The notes beneath the pieces were generated by a model. The model had not been told where the DNA came from and did not search any database. It saw only the letters and a program-made list of their open reading frames with translations. The translations under genes were made by a program, and so were the position numbers. Shown here one piece after another: positions 1-8,799 of a DNA stretch of 64,000 nucleotides (positions are counted from its first letter, which is position 1; the number at the start of each line of letters is the position of its first letter). The stretch spans positions 32,484 through 96,483 of the forward strand of contig JADGQU010000001.1 in assembly GCA_017881545.1 (NCBI GenBank), in the 5' to 3' direction. The stretch is from Gemmatimonadaceae bacterium (GTDB taxonomy: Bacteria; Gemmatimonadota; Gemmatimonadetes; Gemmatimonadales; Gemmatimonadaceae).

Positions 1-767
1 GTAAAGAAAGGCTCGACGGTCGCGATGATTGCCGTCCTCACTGGACCGAGCACCGACAGACCCTTGATGAGTGCCGAGAATGCAATCACGGTCGATACGA
101 GCGCTAACATGACGATGTTCGACCAGACAGCTATTCCTCTGGGGATAAGAAGCTCGCCGGCAAACAGCGCAGCGATTGCAAACGAGATTGCCGCTCCCAC
201 TATCAGCAGGAAAGTAGACAGCAGGGCTGGTATGCCATCCTGCACATGTTCGAGCGCTGGCAGGTATGCGGAGTAGAGCAGCGCTGACCCGAGAGCTAGC
301 ATCACACCGATCGGATTGAGCCTCTCCGTGGGGGCTCCGACCATGATCGTCACGCCCGTGAGGGCAAGCAGCAGCGCGAAGACGCGAATGGACGTTAATC
401 GTTCGGTTCTTCGGATCGCTGCGAGGACCGCCACCCAAGCCGGGTAGGTATAAAACAAAAAGGCTAGCGGCCCAACCGGTATGTACTCGAGTGCGTGAAG
501 ACTCAGATAAGTAATCAGCGCTTGGCCGACTCCACCTATCAGCATAAGCTGAACGATGCGGCGCCTCGGGAGCGAGCGGATCTGTTTTATCTGAGCCACT
601 CCTCCGAGCAGCACTGCTCCCACGACATAGCGCCAAGCCATCGCTGTAAGCAGAGGAACACCAGCACTAGTCGTCAGAACGGTGAGGACGGAAATCGATC
701 CGAAACTGAGAGCTGATACGACGATCAGCAGTGTAGCACGCCCGACTGATGTGTCTGAGGATTCCAT
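1..767 (-). CDS. EamA/DMT family drug/metabolite transporter (runs off the left edge)
   Basis: Not in the ORF track. Manual translation of the minus strand from ATG at 767 gives MESSDTSVGRATLLIVVSALSFGSIS...LEYIPVGPLAFLFYTYPAWV...KGLSVLGPVRTAIIATVEPFF, a hydrophobic two-repeat EamA pattern, open to position 1. Confidence 0.88.
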   Translation of the reverse strand, partial: MESSDTSVGRATLLIVVSALSFGSISVLTVLTTSAGVPLLTAMAWRYVVGAVLLGGVAQIKQIRSLPRRRIVQLMLIGGVGQALITYLSLHALEYIPVGPLAFLFYTYPAWVAVLAAIRRTERLTSIRVFALLLALTGVTIMVGAPTERLNPIGVMLALGSALLYSAYLPALEHVQDGIPALLSTFLLIVGAAISFAIAALFAGELLIPRGIAVWSNIVMLALVSTVIAFSALIKGLSVLGPVRTAIIATVEPFF

Positions 768-845
768 CGAACGAATGTAGCTTTACCAGATATTCCGGGC
801 CATTTTTTGGACGGTACCGCTGGCTTTCCATCGAACGCGTAATAA

Positions 846-1847
846 ATGACATCTCCGACACTGACCGGGCAGCCGCCCTCCAACGCAGCCGTGGCGCAGG
901 AGGAATTCAAGGACCTCGGTTTCGGCACCGAGGTAGCGAAAGGCACGCGCCGCCGACTGCTGAATCGGGACGGAAGTTTCAATGTAATTCTCGATGGGCT
1001 CGATCCTCTGTCTTCAATGAGTCTCTACCACTGGCTACTCACGATCTCGTGGCCGCGGTTCCTTGCCTTCATCGCCGGTTCTTATGTCGCCGTCAACACC
1101 CTCTTCGCCTTTGCTTTTTTAGCCTTGGGGCCTGATGCACTTCAATCGAGTGCGGGGAATTTCGCGGGACAGCCATTCTACAGGGCGTTCTTTTTCAGTG
1201 TTGATACGTTTGCGACAATCGGCTACGGCAACATTATCCCCGTTGGTGTTGCAGCAAATAGCCTGGTGACTATCGAGGCGCTACTTAACATCGTCGGTGT
1301 CGCGCTCGCGACCGGGGTGATGTTTGCCCGCTTTTCTCGACCTTCCACGCGAATCATCTACAGCCGCAATGCAATCGTGGCGCCCTATCGTGACAAAACT
1401 GCGCTCGAGTTTCGAATCGCCAACGCGAGGCGAAGCCAGTTGATCGACGTGCAGGTTCAGGCAATTCTCACCAAGATCGAGCGTGCGAGTGGCACGGCGG
1501 TGCGGAAGTTTTACGAGCTCACCCTTGAACGGAATCGTGTGGTGTTCTTCCCATTGAGCTGGACGGTGGTCCATCCGATCGATTCGACGAGTCCGATATG
1601 GGGCCTGACCCATGCAGATCTCGTTGACGCAGACGCCGAGCTTCTGGTGCTTCTCATCGCAACCGATGAGACTGTGTCGCAGACAGTCCACTCGAGATCC
1701 TCGTATGAAGCCGACGAGATTGTGTGGGGCGCGAAGTTCGCAAACATGTTCACGCGCACCGACGCCGACGGAATCATCGGAATGAACCTCAGCCGGATTC
1801 ATGATATCGAGACCGTGTATTCGGGTGTGCAAGGTGCGGAAGCCTAA
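846..1847 (+). CDS. Inward-rectifier potassium channel (KirBac-like)
   Basis: Selectivity filter FFFSVDTFATIGYG between two TM helices; FARFSRP and FRIANAR motifs; Kir cytoplasmic domain. Confidence 0.92.
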   Translation: MTSPTLTGQPPSNAAVAQEEFKDLGFGTEVAKGTRRRLLNRDGSFNVILDGLDPLSSMSLYHWLLTISWPRFLAFIAGSYVAVNTLFAFAFLALGPDALQSSAGNFAGQPFYRAFFFSVDTFATIGYGNIIPVGVAANSLVTIEALLNIVGVALATGVMFARFSRPSTRIIYSRNAIVAPYRDKTALEFRIANARRSQLIDVQVQAILTKIERASGTAVRKFYELTLERNRVVFFPLSWTVVHPIDSTSPIWGLTHADLVDADAELLVLLIATDETVSQTVHSRSSYEADEIVWGAKFANMFTRTDADGIIGMNLSRIHDIETVYSGVQGAEA

Positions 1848-1906
1848 ACATCCCTTTAGGCTTGGGACGTTTCTATCAAAACCATTCCATTTGCGAGACC
1901 AATCGT

Positions 1907-2629
1907 ATGAAAATCAGAATGGCAGTGACTTTAGTAGGCTTGCTGACGCCACTAGCAGGACACACACAAGACAGTCGGGCGCCAATTGATGCCATCCCCC
2001 AGATTGCGGTTACAGGACGCGGCGAGGTGAAAGTCTCGCCCGACAGAGCAACGATCCAGGTGAGTGTTCAGACGCGAGCCGTAACTGCCGCGGCAGCAGC
2101 AGCAGAAAACGCAACCAAGCAGCAGTCGGTCCTGGGAGCACTTCGGGCGCTGGGGTTAGGGAACGATCAGCTATCGACCATTAATTACAACGTCTATCCC
2201 GAGCAGCGCTATGAGCAGGGAAAGGAACCGGTAATCGTTGCCTACAACGTGACGAATACGATTCTGGTCGATGTCCGGAAGCTGAACCAGGTGGGTCCGG
2301 TCATCGACGCTGCACTCGCCCATGGTGCGAACATGATCACCTCTCTTCAGTTTTATGCCTCGAATACCGAGGTAGCCCGGAGAGCCGCGATTGCAACGGC
2401 AATCGAGAAAGCTCGCGCCGATGCTGAGGCAGCTGCACGCGCGGCACACGGATCCCTTGGCACGCTGCTGGAGATCAATATCTCGGCGTATTCCCCTCCG
2501 CCGCCGCGACCAATGATGCTGGCTCGTTCAGCCGCCGCTATGGCGCAGGCCGATACGCCAATCAATGCCGGAGAAGAGACACTCTCCGTCGAAGTGAATA
2601 CCCGTTGGAGGTTCATCGCGGGCCAGTAG
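1907..2629 (+). CDS. SIMPL/DUF541 (YggE/BP26-like) periplasmic protein
   Basis: Signal peptide, then I-x-V-T-G-x-G-E-V-x-V-x-P-D-x-A, GAN-x-I and ARxxAxxxA patterns. Start placed at ATG 1907. Confidence 0.88.
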   Translation: MKIRMAVTLVGLLTPLAGHTQDSRAPIDAIPQIAVTGRGEVKVSPDRATIQVSVQTRAVTAAAAAAENATKQQSVLGALRALGLGNDQLSTINYNVYPEQRYEQGKEPVIVAYNVTNTILVDVRKLNQVGPVIDAALAHGANMITSLQFYASNTEVARRAAIATAIEKARADAEAAARAAHGSLGTLLEINISAYSPPPPRPMMLARSAAAMAQADTPINAGEETLSVEVNTRWRFIAGQ

Positions 2630-2633
2630 AGCT

Positions 2634-2649
2634 ATTTCCACGTGGAACA
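2634..2649. promoter_or_regulatory. parS: parS site 1 (ParB-binding)
   Basis: ATTTCCACGTGGAACA, 14/16 match to TGTTCCACGTGGAACA, directly upstream of parA. Confidence 0.85.
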
Positions 2650-2659
2650 ATTCGAAACC

Positions 2660-2675
2660 TGTTCCACGTGGAAAC
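2660..2675. promoter_or_regulatory. parS: parS site 2 (ParB-binding)
   Basis: TGTTCCACGTGGAAAC, 14/16 match; inverted copy of site 1. Confidence 0.85.
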
Positions 2676-2723
2676 CCCTCCTGCCGGTGGGTAGATTAGG
2701 CGCTGTACCCTCACCGGTTAATC

Positions 2724-3512
2724 GTGGCGCGAATAATCACAATCGCAAATCAGAAAGGCGGGGTCGGTAAGACGACCACCGCTGTAAATCTCGCGGCGAG
2801 TCTTGCCGCTGCGGAACAACGCACGCTCCTGATCGACGCCGATCCGCAGGGTAACGCTACCAGCGGCGTCGGACTTCAGAAGGAAAACGTGCCCCTCTCC
2901 CTCTACGACGTTCTTGTCGGAAACTCCGATCTCGGGTCTTCGCGCCAGTCCTCCGTGCAGTTTGAGAAACTGGACGTGGTGGGAGCAACTCCAGATCTGG
3001 CCGCTGCGGAAGTCGAGCTGGTGGACAAAAGCGACCGAGATCTCGTCATGCGCCAAGCCCTCGAGTCACTCCGGGAAGAGTACGACTACGTAATCATCGA
3101 CTGTCCGCCTTCGCTTGGCCTTATCACTATCAACATGCTGGTTGCAGCCGATGCGCTTCTCATTCCTCTCCAATGCGAGTACTACGCGCTCGAGGGCCTG
3201 TCCCAGCTGTTGAACACCGTGCACCGCGTTCAGCACAGCGCGAACGAAAAGCTCGGTATCGACGGCGTACTACTCACCATGTACGACTCACGCCTGAATC
3301 TCTCGAAGCAGGTGGCCGAAGACGCGAGAGAGTACTTCGGGCCGAAGGTGTTCAGGAACGTCATACCAAGGAATGTCCGATTGGCCGAGGCGCCCAGTTT
3401 CGGAAAGCCTATCATTCTCTACGATGTCGCTTCGGTGGGAGCACAGGCCTATATGAATGTCGCAAAGGAGCTGATCGAACGAACCGCGCAAGGAGATGAC
3501 GGTGGCCTCTGA
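2724..3512 (+). CDS. parA: Chromosome partitioning ATPase ParA/Soj
   Basis: Deviant Walker [43 protein letters not shown]. Confidence 0.97.
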   Translation: MARIITIANQKGGVGKTTTAVNLAASLAAAEQRTLLIDADPQGNATSGVGLQKENVPLSLYDVLVGNSDLGSSRQSSVQFEKLDVVGATPDLAAAEVELVDKSDRDLVMRQALESLREEYDYVIIDCPPSLGLITINMLVAADALLIPLQCEYYALEGLSQLLNTVHRVQHSANEKLGIDGVLLTMYDSRLNLSKQVAEDAREYFGPKVFRNVIPRNVRLAEAPSFGKPIILYDVASVGAQAYMNVAKELIERTAQGDDGGL

Positions 3513-4392
3513 GAAAACACCACGCCGACTTGGCCGAGGACTCGAAGCGCTTCTAGGTAGCGCTACCGGACTCTCATCGAGCGATGACGGCGCGCTGAAG
3601 TCCATCCCGATCGGGCAGATCGTTCCGAACCCGTTTCAGCCGCGGCAAGAATTCAACGCCGAGGATCTAGATGAGCTGCAGGAAAGCCTCAAGGCGAACG
3701 GCCTCTTGCAGCCAATTACCGTACGCCGCCGGCAAGGTAAAGACGGATTCGAGCTCATCGCCGGTGAGCGCCGCTTGCGAGCTGCCACGAAGCTTGGCTG
3801 GAAAGAGATACCCGCCATCATCAAGGAGATCGACGACAAAACGATCCTCACCATGGCGCTCGTCGAAAACCTTCAGCGGAGTGATCTCAACCCGATAGAA
3901 GAAGGAGAAGGCTACCATCAGCTCTCGAGGGAATTCGGCCTTACCCAGCAGCAGATTGCCGAGACGGTCGGGAAGGACCGCACGACGATCGCGAACATGT
4001 TGCGACTCCTTCAGTTGCCTGAGACGGTGAGAAAACTTCTCCAGGAAAGACATCTCACGATGGGCCACGCCAAAGTCCTGTTGGGTCTTGAGGATCCTGA
4101 CAAGATCGTGAGCCTAGCTCGCGAAATTGTAAAGGAGGGCCTAACAGTACGAGAGGTAGAACGACGTCTCCAACAGGTAGGCGGTTCCAAGAGCGGGAAG
4201 AAAGCTGGACGTCCGCGGGCTACAGACCGACAGCCACCAGAGCTGAAGCGAATCGAAGAGCGACTGCGCCATTTTCTTCAGACCGACGCCGCAATCAAGG
4301 TTGGCTCTCGCAACCGGGGTACTTTGACGATTCAGTTTTATTCGGCAGACGACCTGGAGCGACTGCTCGAGCTGTTAGGCGTTCCTGACTAA
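3496..4392 (+). CDS. parB: Chromosome partitioning protein ParB/Spo0J
   Basis: LGRGL N-terminal peptide, NPFQPR, GERRLRA CTP-binding patch, [16 protein letters not shown]. Confidence 0.97.
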   Translation: MTVASEKTPRRLGRGLEALLGSATGLSSSDDGALKSIPIGQIVPNPFQPRQEFNAEDLDELQESLKANGLLQPITVRRRQGKDGFELIAGERRLRAATKLGWKEIPAIIKEIDDKTILTMALVENLQRSDLNPIEEGEGYHQLSREFGLTQQQIAETVGKDRTTIANMLRLLQLPETVRKLLQERHLTMGHAKVLLGLEDPDKIVSLAREIVKEGLTVREVERRLQQVGGSKSGKKAGRPRATDRQPPELKRIEERLRHFLQTDAAIKVGSRNRGTLTIQFYSADDLERLLELLGVPD

Positions 4393-4417
4393 TCAACATG
4401 GTTATGAACTTTAGCTG

Positions 4418-4442
4418 CAACCCCTTGATATGTAATGAGTTA
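4418..4442. promoter_or_regulatory. IHF-like binding site
   Basis: Minus strand reads TATCAAGGGGTTG, an exact match to the E. coli IHF consensus WATCAANNNNTTR, in an AT-rich intergenic gap. Confidence 0.5.
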
Positions 4443-4499
4443 ACTTGGTAGAACTCACACGAGGTAGTTGGTTCTCCACACAAATATGACCAGTTTCCA

Positions 4500-5273
4500 A
4501 TGACCACAATCCATGAGATCGCGGGGTACACGGACGAGCTTTTGGAAACAAAAACAACCCCGGACTATCCCACCGCATTAAATGGTCTTCAGCTTGAAAA
4601 TCGGTCAGAAATCACAGGCATCGCAGCAGCTGTGGATTTTTCAACCAGAGCGATACTCGGCGCTATAGCGGCCAAGGCCAACCTGGTCCTCGTTCACCAT
4701 GGAATGTTTTGGGACGCCCCCAGTCCAGTCAGCGGCTCCTCGTACAGAAGGCTCCGACTGTTGATCGAGAACGATATCGCCGTCTATTCATCACACTTGC
4801 CGCTTGACCGGCATCCGATACTTGGCAACAACGTGCTGCTCGCAAAGCAATTGGGCCTGGAGCCAAGTGGGATTTTCGCCGAATTCGAAGGAACCTCCAT
4901 TGGCGTGAGTGGACAGACCCAGATAAAAACAGCGACACTCGTTGAGCGAGCTCGCAATTTCGCGAAGAATTACGAGAGCGAGGTCCGGACGACCCTACTG
5001 GGAAAAAACCGTGAAACGAAGCGATGGGCGATCTGTAGCGGCGCCGGCGCATCGGCTGAAACTCTCAAAGAAGCACATGAGATGGAAATCGACACCCTCA
5101 TCGTCGGCGAGGGTCCGCACTGGACCGCGGTTTACGCCGAGGAGAACGAGCTCACCATCATTTATGCGGGACACTACGCAACCGAAACGCTCGGAGTCTG
5201 CGCACTGGCGGAGCATCTTGGTGAGAAGTACGGCATTTCATCGAGCTTTATCAGCGCACCAACCGGCCTCTAG
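4500..5273 (+). CDS. Nif3-like dinuclear metal-centre protein (YbgI/DUF34)
   Basis: NGLQ, VHHG, SHLPLD-x-H-P-x-x-GNN, AGHYATE motifs. Confidence 0.93.
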   Translation: MTTIHEIAGYTDELLETKTTPDYPTALNGLQLENRSEITGIAAAVDFSTRAILGAIAAKANLVLVHHGMFWDAPSPVSGSSYRRLRLLIENDIAVYSSHLPLDRHPILGNNVLLAKQLGLEPSGIFAEFEGTSIGVSGQTQIKTATLVERARNFAKNYESEVRTTLLGKNRETKRWAICSGAGASAETLKEAHEMEIDTLIVGEGPHWTAVYAEENELTIIYAGHYATETLGVCALAEHLGEKYGISSSFISAPTGL

Positions 5274-5305
5274 CATCGCCGAGTTGAGTAGCGTCACCGA
5301 CAAGA

Positions 5306-6229
5306 TCAGCAATCCGTGTATGCGCTTCTCCACGTAGCGCGCCACTCACCGGGACCGACGCGTTCGATCAGCCCGAGTTTACCACCATCGTCGTATTCAA
5401 TGTTGACGACGATGGCAGGGCGCTTTGCCGGCCCGATTTGCACGGCCGTCAGAACCTCAGTTGCTTGCGTTGACTCCTCGGCGCCCGCCGTTCTGTTGTA
5501 GTAACCGAGGTTGTAATTCCCTTTCGTCCCCGCGGGTCTTTCACCGAGCAGGAGGAGATGCTCGAGCCTTGGATTCGCTTCTTCATTCACGCTTCGCACG
5601 ACGTCAGCGATCACTACATCGACGGAATCCAGCCGGAACGTGTAAGCTGAACGAACTCTGAACGGAAGTCCCCGGAAAGTCGGATCCGACGCGGTGGGCA
5701 ATGTAGCGGCCATCTGCGCTAGAGATGCGGCGAGTGCCGCTGAATCAGCGCTCGTCATCGCCTCGATCGAGTCGACCGCGATTGCGTGAACGTGTCCGGT
5801 TGCAAATCCGACCCTCCAGTTTGAATGCGCCGACTGAAGTTTGGCGAGAGGCCACGAGTAACAGTCCTGCTTCGCATCGACCGGTGGAAGCGGAGACGCG
5901 GCAATGGACGATCCGATTCTCCCGCCTCTTCCGAACAGATCGAATGTGAGACCGGAAATCGGCGGACTGATGCCTTGCAGCGCAGCAACCGTGCTGTCGG
6001 TTGCTTCTGGCAGCACGACGGCTATGCTGTCCCCGCCGCTTCCAACGGAAACAACCATCACCGGCCCCGCATCCGTGTTCCAATTCGTATTCCCCAGCGG
6101 GTTCGAGGGATAGACTGGCGGGAGCGATGCCCCAGTCGAGTCGGACTTGTCCCGTCCCTTGTCCCGACACGCGACCGCGTTGACGAGCAGCAGTACCGAA
6201 AAGGAGAGACCCGCTGCGCGAAGCATCAT
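5306..6229 (-). CDS. Hypothetical lipoprotein
   Basis: MMLRAAGLSFSVLLLVNAVA-C lipobox-like N-terminus. Start moved from 6262 to 6229. No family recognised. Confidence 0.7.
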   Translation of the reverse strand: MMLRAAGLSFSVLLLVNAVACRDKGRDKSDSTGASLPPVYPSNPLGNTNWNTDAGPVMVVSVGSGGDSIAVVLPEATDSTVAALQGISPPISGLTFDLFGRGGRIGSSIAASPLPPVDAKQDCYSWPLAKLQSAHSNWRVGFATGHVHAIAVDSIEAMTSADSAALAASLAQMAATLPTASDPTFRGLPFRVRSAYTFRLDSVDVVIADVVRSVNEEANPRLEHLLLLGERPAGTKGNYNLGYYNRTAGAEESTQATEVLTAVQIGPAKRPAIVVNIEYDDGGKLGLIERVGPGEWRATWRSAYTDC

Positions 6230-6360
6230 GAGGAGTAATTTATCGTCGCGTACCCGCGGCATCGAGAGTACGTATCGCCTGCTACGTCACCATACGTATT
6301 TGAGCCCAGACACTGTCGGGTGTAGAGTACACGCGTGACGCCCACTGCAAGAGGCTGACA

Positions 6361-7830
6361 ATGGAAGCGGTGACAACGGATTCGATCAACAGAACGGAAG
6401 AAACCGACGGCACTATTCTGGGCGTCACTCCCGCGGGTGATTTCAATCCGCCGCTCGCGCCGTTCAGAGAGCGAATAAGCTGGGCGCTCTACGATTTCGC
6501 GAATACGGTGTTTTCCATGAACATCGCTACCCTCTACTTTGCCGCCTGGCTTGTAGCGGATCTTGGGCATTCGAATACACTGTACGCTGTAGTGAATGGA
6601 ATCGCGTCGGCGCTGGTCGTCGTATCGATTCCCGTTTTCGGCGCAATCTCGGACGCGACACAGCGACGAAAGCCGTGGGTAGTGGGCTTTACACTAATCG
6701 CGTGTGCATCGACGATCCTCATGGCAATCCTCGGTCAGACGGGCTTGCCACTGATCGGAGAGGGCGTGACAGCAGCCGGGTTTCGCCCCCTGCTATCACC
6801 CGGAATCGCGCTTTTTGGAGTGCTCGCGGCGTTTACGATCGCAAACTACGCATATCAGGGTGCGCAGCCCTTTTACAACGCGATGATGCCGGAGCTGGTT
6901 CCGGTTGACCACCGAGGCCGCCTTTCTGGTATGGGCACCGCGTTCGGATACATTGGCTCGATCACCGGCGTGGTGCTGACGTTTCCATTTTTCACAGGCC
7001 AAATGCCGATACTCGGAGCAATTCCGGGCCAGGTTATCGGTTTCCTGAGAAGCGCGGTACCCTTCACGACGCATGGTGGGCGTGTTTCCACATTCGTACC
7101 GACGGCGTTTCTCTTTTTACTCTTCTCGCTGCCGCTCTTTCTGTTCTGTCGAGACCACAATGCGATTCACGGTAAGAAGCGCATCGCGTGGCGCGAGGCG
7201 TTCCGAGATGTCGGGCATACACTGGACGAAGCAAAGAAATATCCCGGAACTCTGAGATTCATCCTGACCGCGTTTTTGTATCAGGACGCCATGGGAACGA
7301 TCATCGCGAACATGGCTCTCTACGCAATTTTTGCGATGGGATTCGTGAAGGGCTCCGAGGCGACGCTATTCGTGATTCTTACTGTTCCCGCAGTCGTCGG
7401 GAGCTACGGAATCGGGCGATTGGTAGATCGTTTTGGGCCCAAGCGAACTCTTTCATGGGTTCTTGCCGGCTGGATCCTGCTTCTGCTCTCGATGATCGTC
7501 GTTCCGACGAGAACAGCCTTCTGGATCGTGGGGGCGTGCATAGGCCTGATTTACGGAGGCGTTTCCACAGCGGAGCGCCCGTTGCTTCTGAGTCTCGTTC
7601 CTGATGTCGAAGCTGGACGTTTCTTCAGCCTCATGGTGCTTTCTTCGCGGGCTGCGGCAGTAGTAGGTCCATTTGTATGGGCGCTCGCAGTGGATGGGCT
7701 GACACCTTCGATGGGAACGGGCTTCGCTTACCGAGCGGGCGTCATGACGGTCGCGATTGGAATGACATTCGCGCTCTGGATGTTGCGCGGTGTTCCTGAT
7801 CACTTCATCCCGCAGGCTCGCTCACGATGA
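6361..7830 (+). CDS. MFS transporter (UMF1/Atg22-like)
   Basis: SWALYDFAN, G-x-I-S-D-x-x-x-RRK, YNAM-x-P, RGRLSG-x-G motifs; about 12 TM segments. Confidence 0.9.
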   Translation: MEAVTTDSINRTEETDGTILGVTPAGDFNPPLAPFRERISWALYDFANTVFSMNIATLYFAAWLVADLGHSNTLYAVVNGIASALVVVSIPVFGAISDATQRRKPWVVGFTLIACASTILMAILGQTGLPLIGEGVTAAGFRPLLSPGIALFGVLAAFTIANYAYQGAQPFYNAMMPELVPVDHRGRLSGMGTAFGYIGSITGVVLTFPFFTGQMPILGAIPGQVIGFLRSAVPFTTHGGRVSTFVPTAFLFLLFSLPLFLFCRDHNAIHGKKRIAWREAFRDVGHTLDEAKKYPGTLRFILTAFLYQDAMGTIIANMALYAIFAMGFVKGSEATLFVILTVPAVVGSYGIGRLVDRFGPKRTLSWVLAGWILLLLSMIVVPTRTAFWIVGACIGLIYGGVSTAERPLLLSLVPDVEAGRFFSLMVLSSRAAAVVGPFVWALAVDGLTPSMGTGFAYRAGVMTVAIGMTFALWMLRGVPDHFIPQARSR

Positions 7831-8798
7831 TCTACAACGCGTTGAGATGGGTCAATGGAATCGCCCTTCACTGGTTCTATCGGGATATTCGTATCACAGG
7901 CAAGAATCAAATCCCGTTCAGTGCTCCATTGCTCATCGCGGTGAATCATCAGAACGCGCTCGTTGATTCGCTGATCGTAGCGTGGGTCATGCCTCGTCGG
8001 ATTGCGATGACTGCCAAGGCTACACTGCGCAAGAATCCCCTGATTGCCCTGCTGTTCAGTGTTCTCGGAGTCGTGCCACTAAGGAGGGTGAGCGACGAGG
8101 TCCGGGATTCCAGCGGACTTCCGGCTGATCGATCGCGCAATGCGGGAGCTTTTCGAGAGATTCTCAAACTTCTCGAACAGCGTGGAGCGGTGCTCATTTT
8201 CCCAGAAGGAAAGAGTCACAACGAGGTCGGTCTCGAGCCGCTCAAGACAGGTCTGGCGAGACTCGCTCTCCAAGCCAGGGATAAGTGTTCCATCAAGGGA
8301 GTTACGATTCTTCCGCTCGGACTCGTATTCGAGGACAAGGGCGTACCAGGCACGATCGCCGGAGTGCATGTTGGAGAAGCAATCGAAATGGACTCCTGGC
8401 CGAACGCCGACTCTGTTGCTCTGACCAAAGAGATCGCCAAGCGGCTTCGGAGCGTATCGGAAGAGGCGGCACTACCTGTCCCCGAAGCGGGCGGCGTCAG
8501 GCAGGGAAAAGGCTTGCAAGAGAGACTAATCGCTCTTGCAGCCTCGTGGGGCCGTATCACCCACCAATTCCCAGTGAGAATCGCAAGGCGCATCGCGGTA
8601 AAGCGGAGCATCGACGCTGATCAACCTGCAATGCAGACGATATTGTTCGGGATCGGATTCGTGCTTCTCACGTACGTCGTCCATCTCACGATCCTGGGCG
8701 TGCTCATCCACTCCTTCTGGATCAGCTCCCTCTATCTCGCCAGCTTACTCGGTGGCGCATACTGGGCGGCGTTCGAGCAGCATCCCCGCCGTTATTAG
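7827..8798 (+). CDS. PlsC-family acyltransferase with C-terminal TM helices
   Basis: NHQNALVD (HX4D) and IFPEG motifs. Confidence 0.88.
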   Translation: MIYNALRWVNGIALHWFYRDIRITGKNQIPFSAPLLIAVNHQNALVDSLIVAWVMPRRIAMTAKATLRKNPLIALLFSVLGVVPLRRVSDEVRDSSGLPADRSRNAGAFREILKLLEQRGAVLIFPEGKSHNEVGLEPLKTGLARLALQARDKCSIKGVTILPLGLVFEDKGVPGTIAGVHVGEAIEMDSWPNADSVALTKEIAKRLRSVSEEAALPVPEAGGVRQGKGLQERLIALAASWGRITHQFPVRIARRIAVKRSIDADQPAMQTILFGIGFVLLTYVVHLTILGVLIHSFWISSLYLASLLGGAYWAAFEQHPRRY

Positions 8799-8799
8799 C

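Noticed and set aside
4500-5273. Nif3-like gene plus queF as a 7-deazaguanine DNA-modification cluster
   Set aside because: The genes are 42 kb apart and no dpdA/tgt, queC, queD or queE is present in the window.
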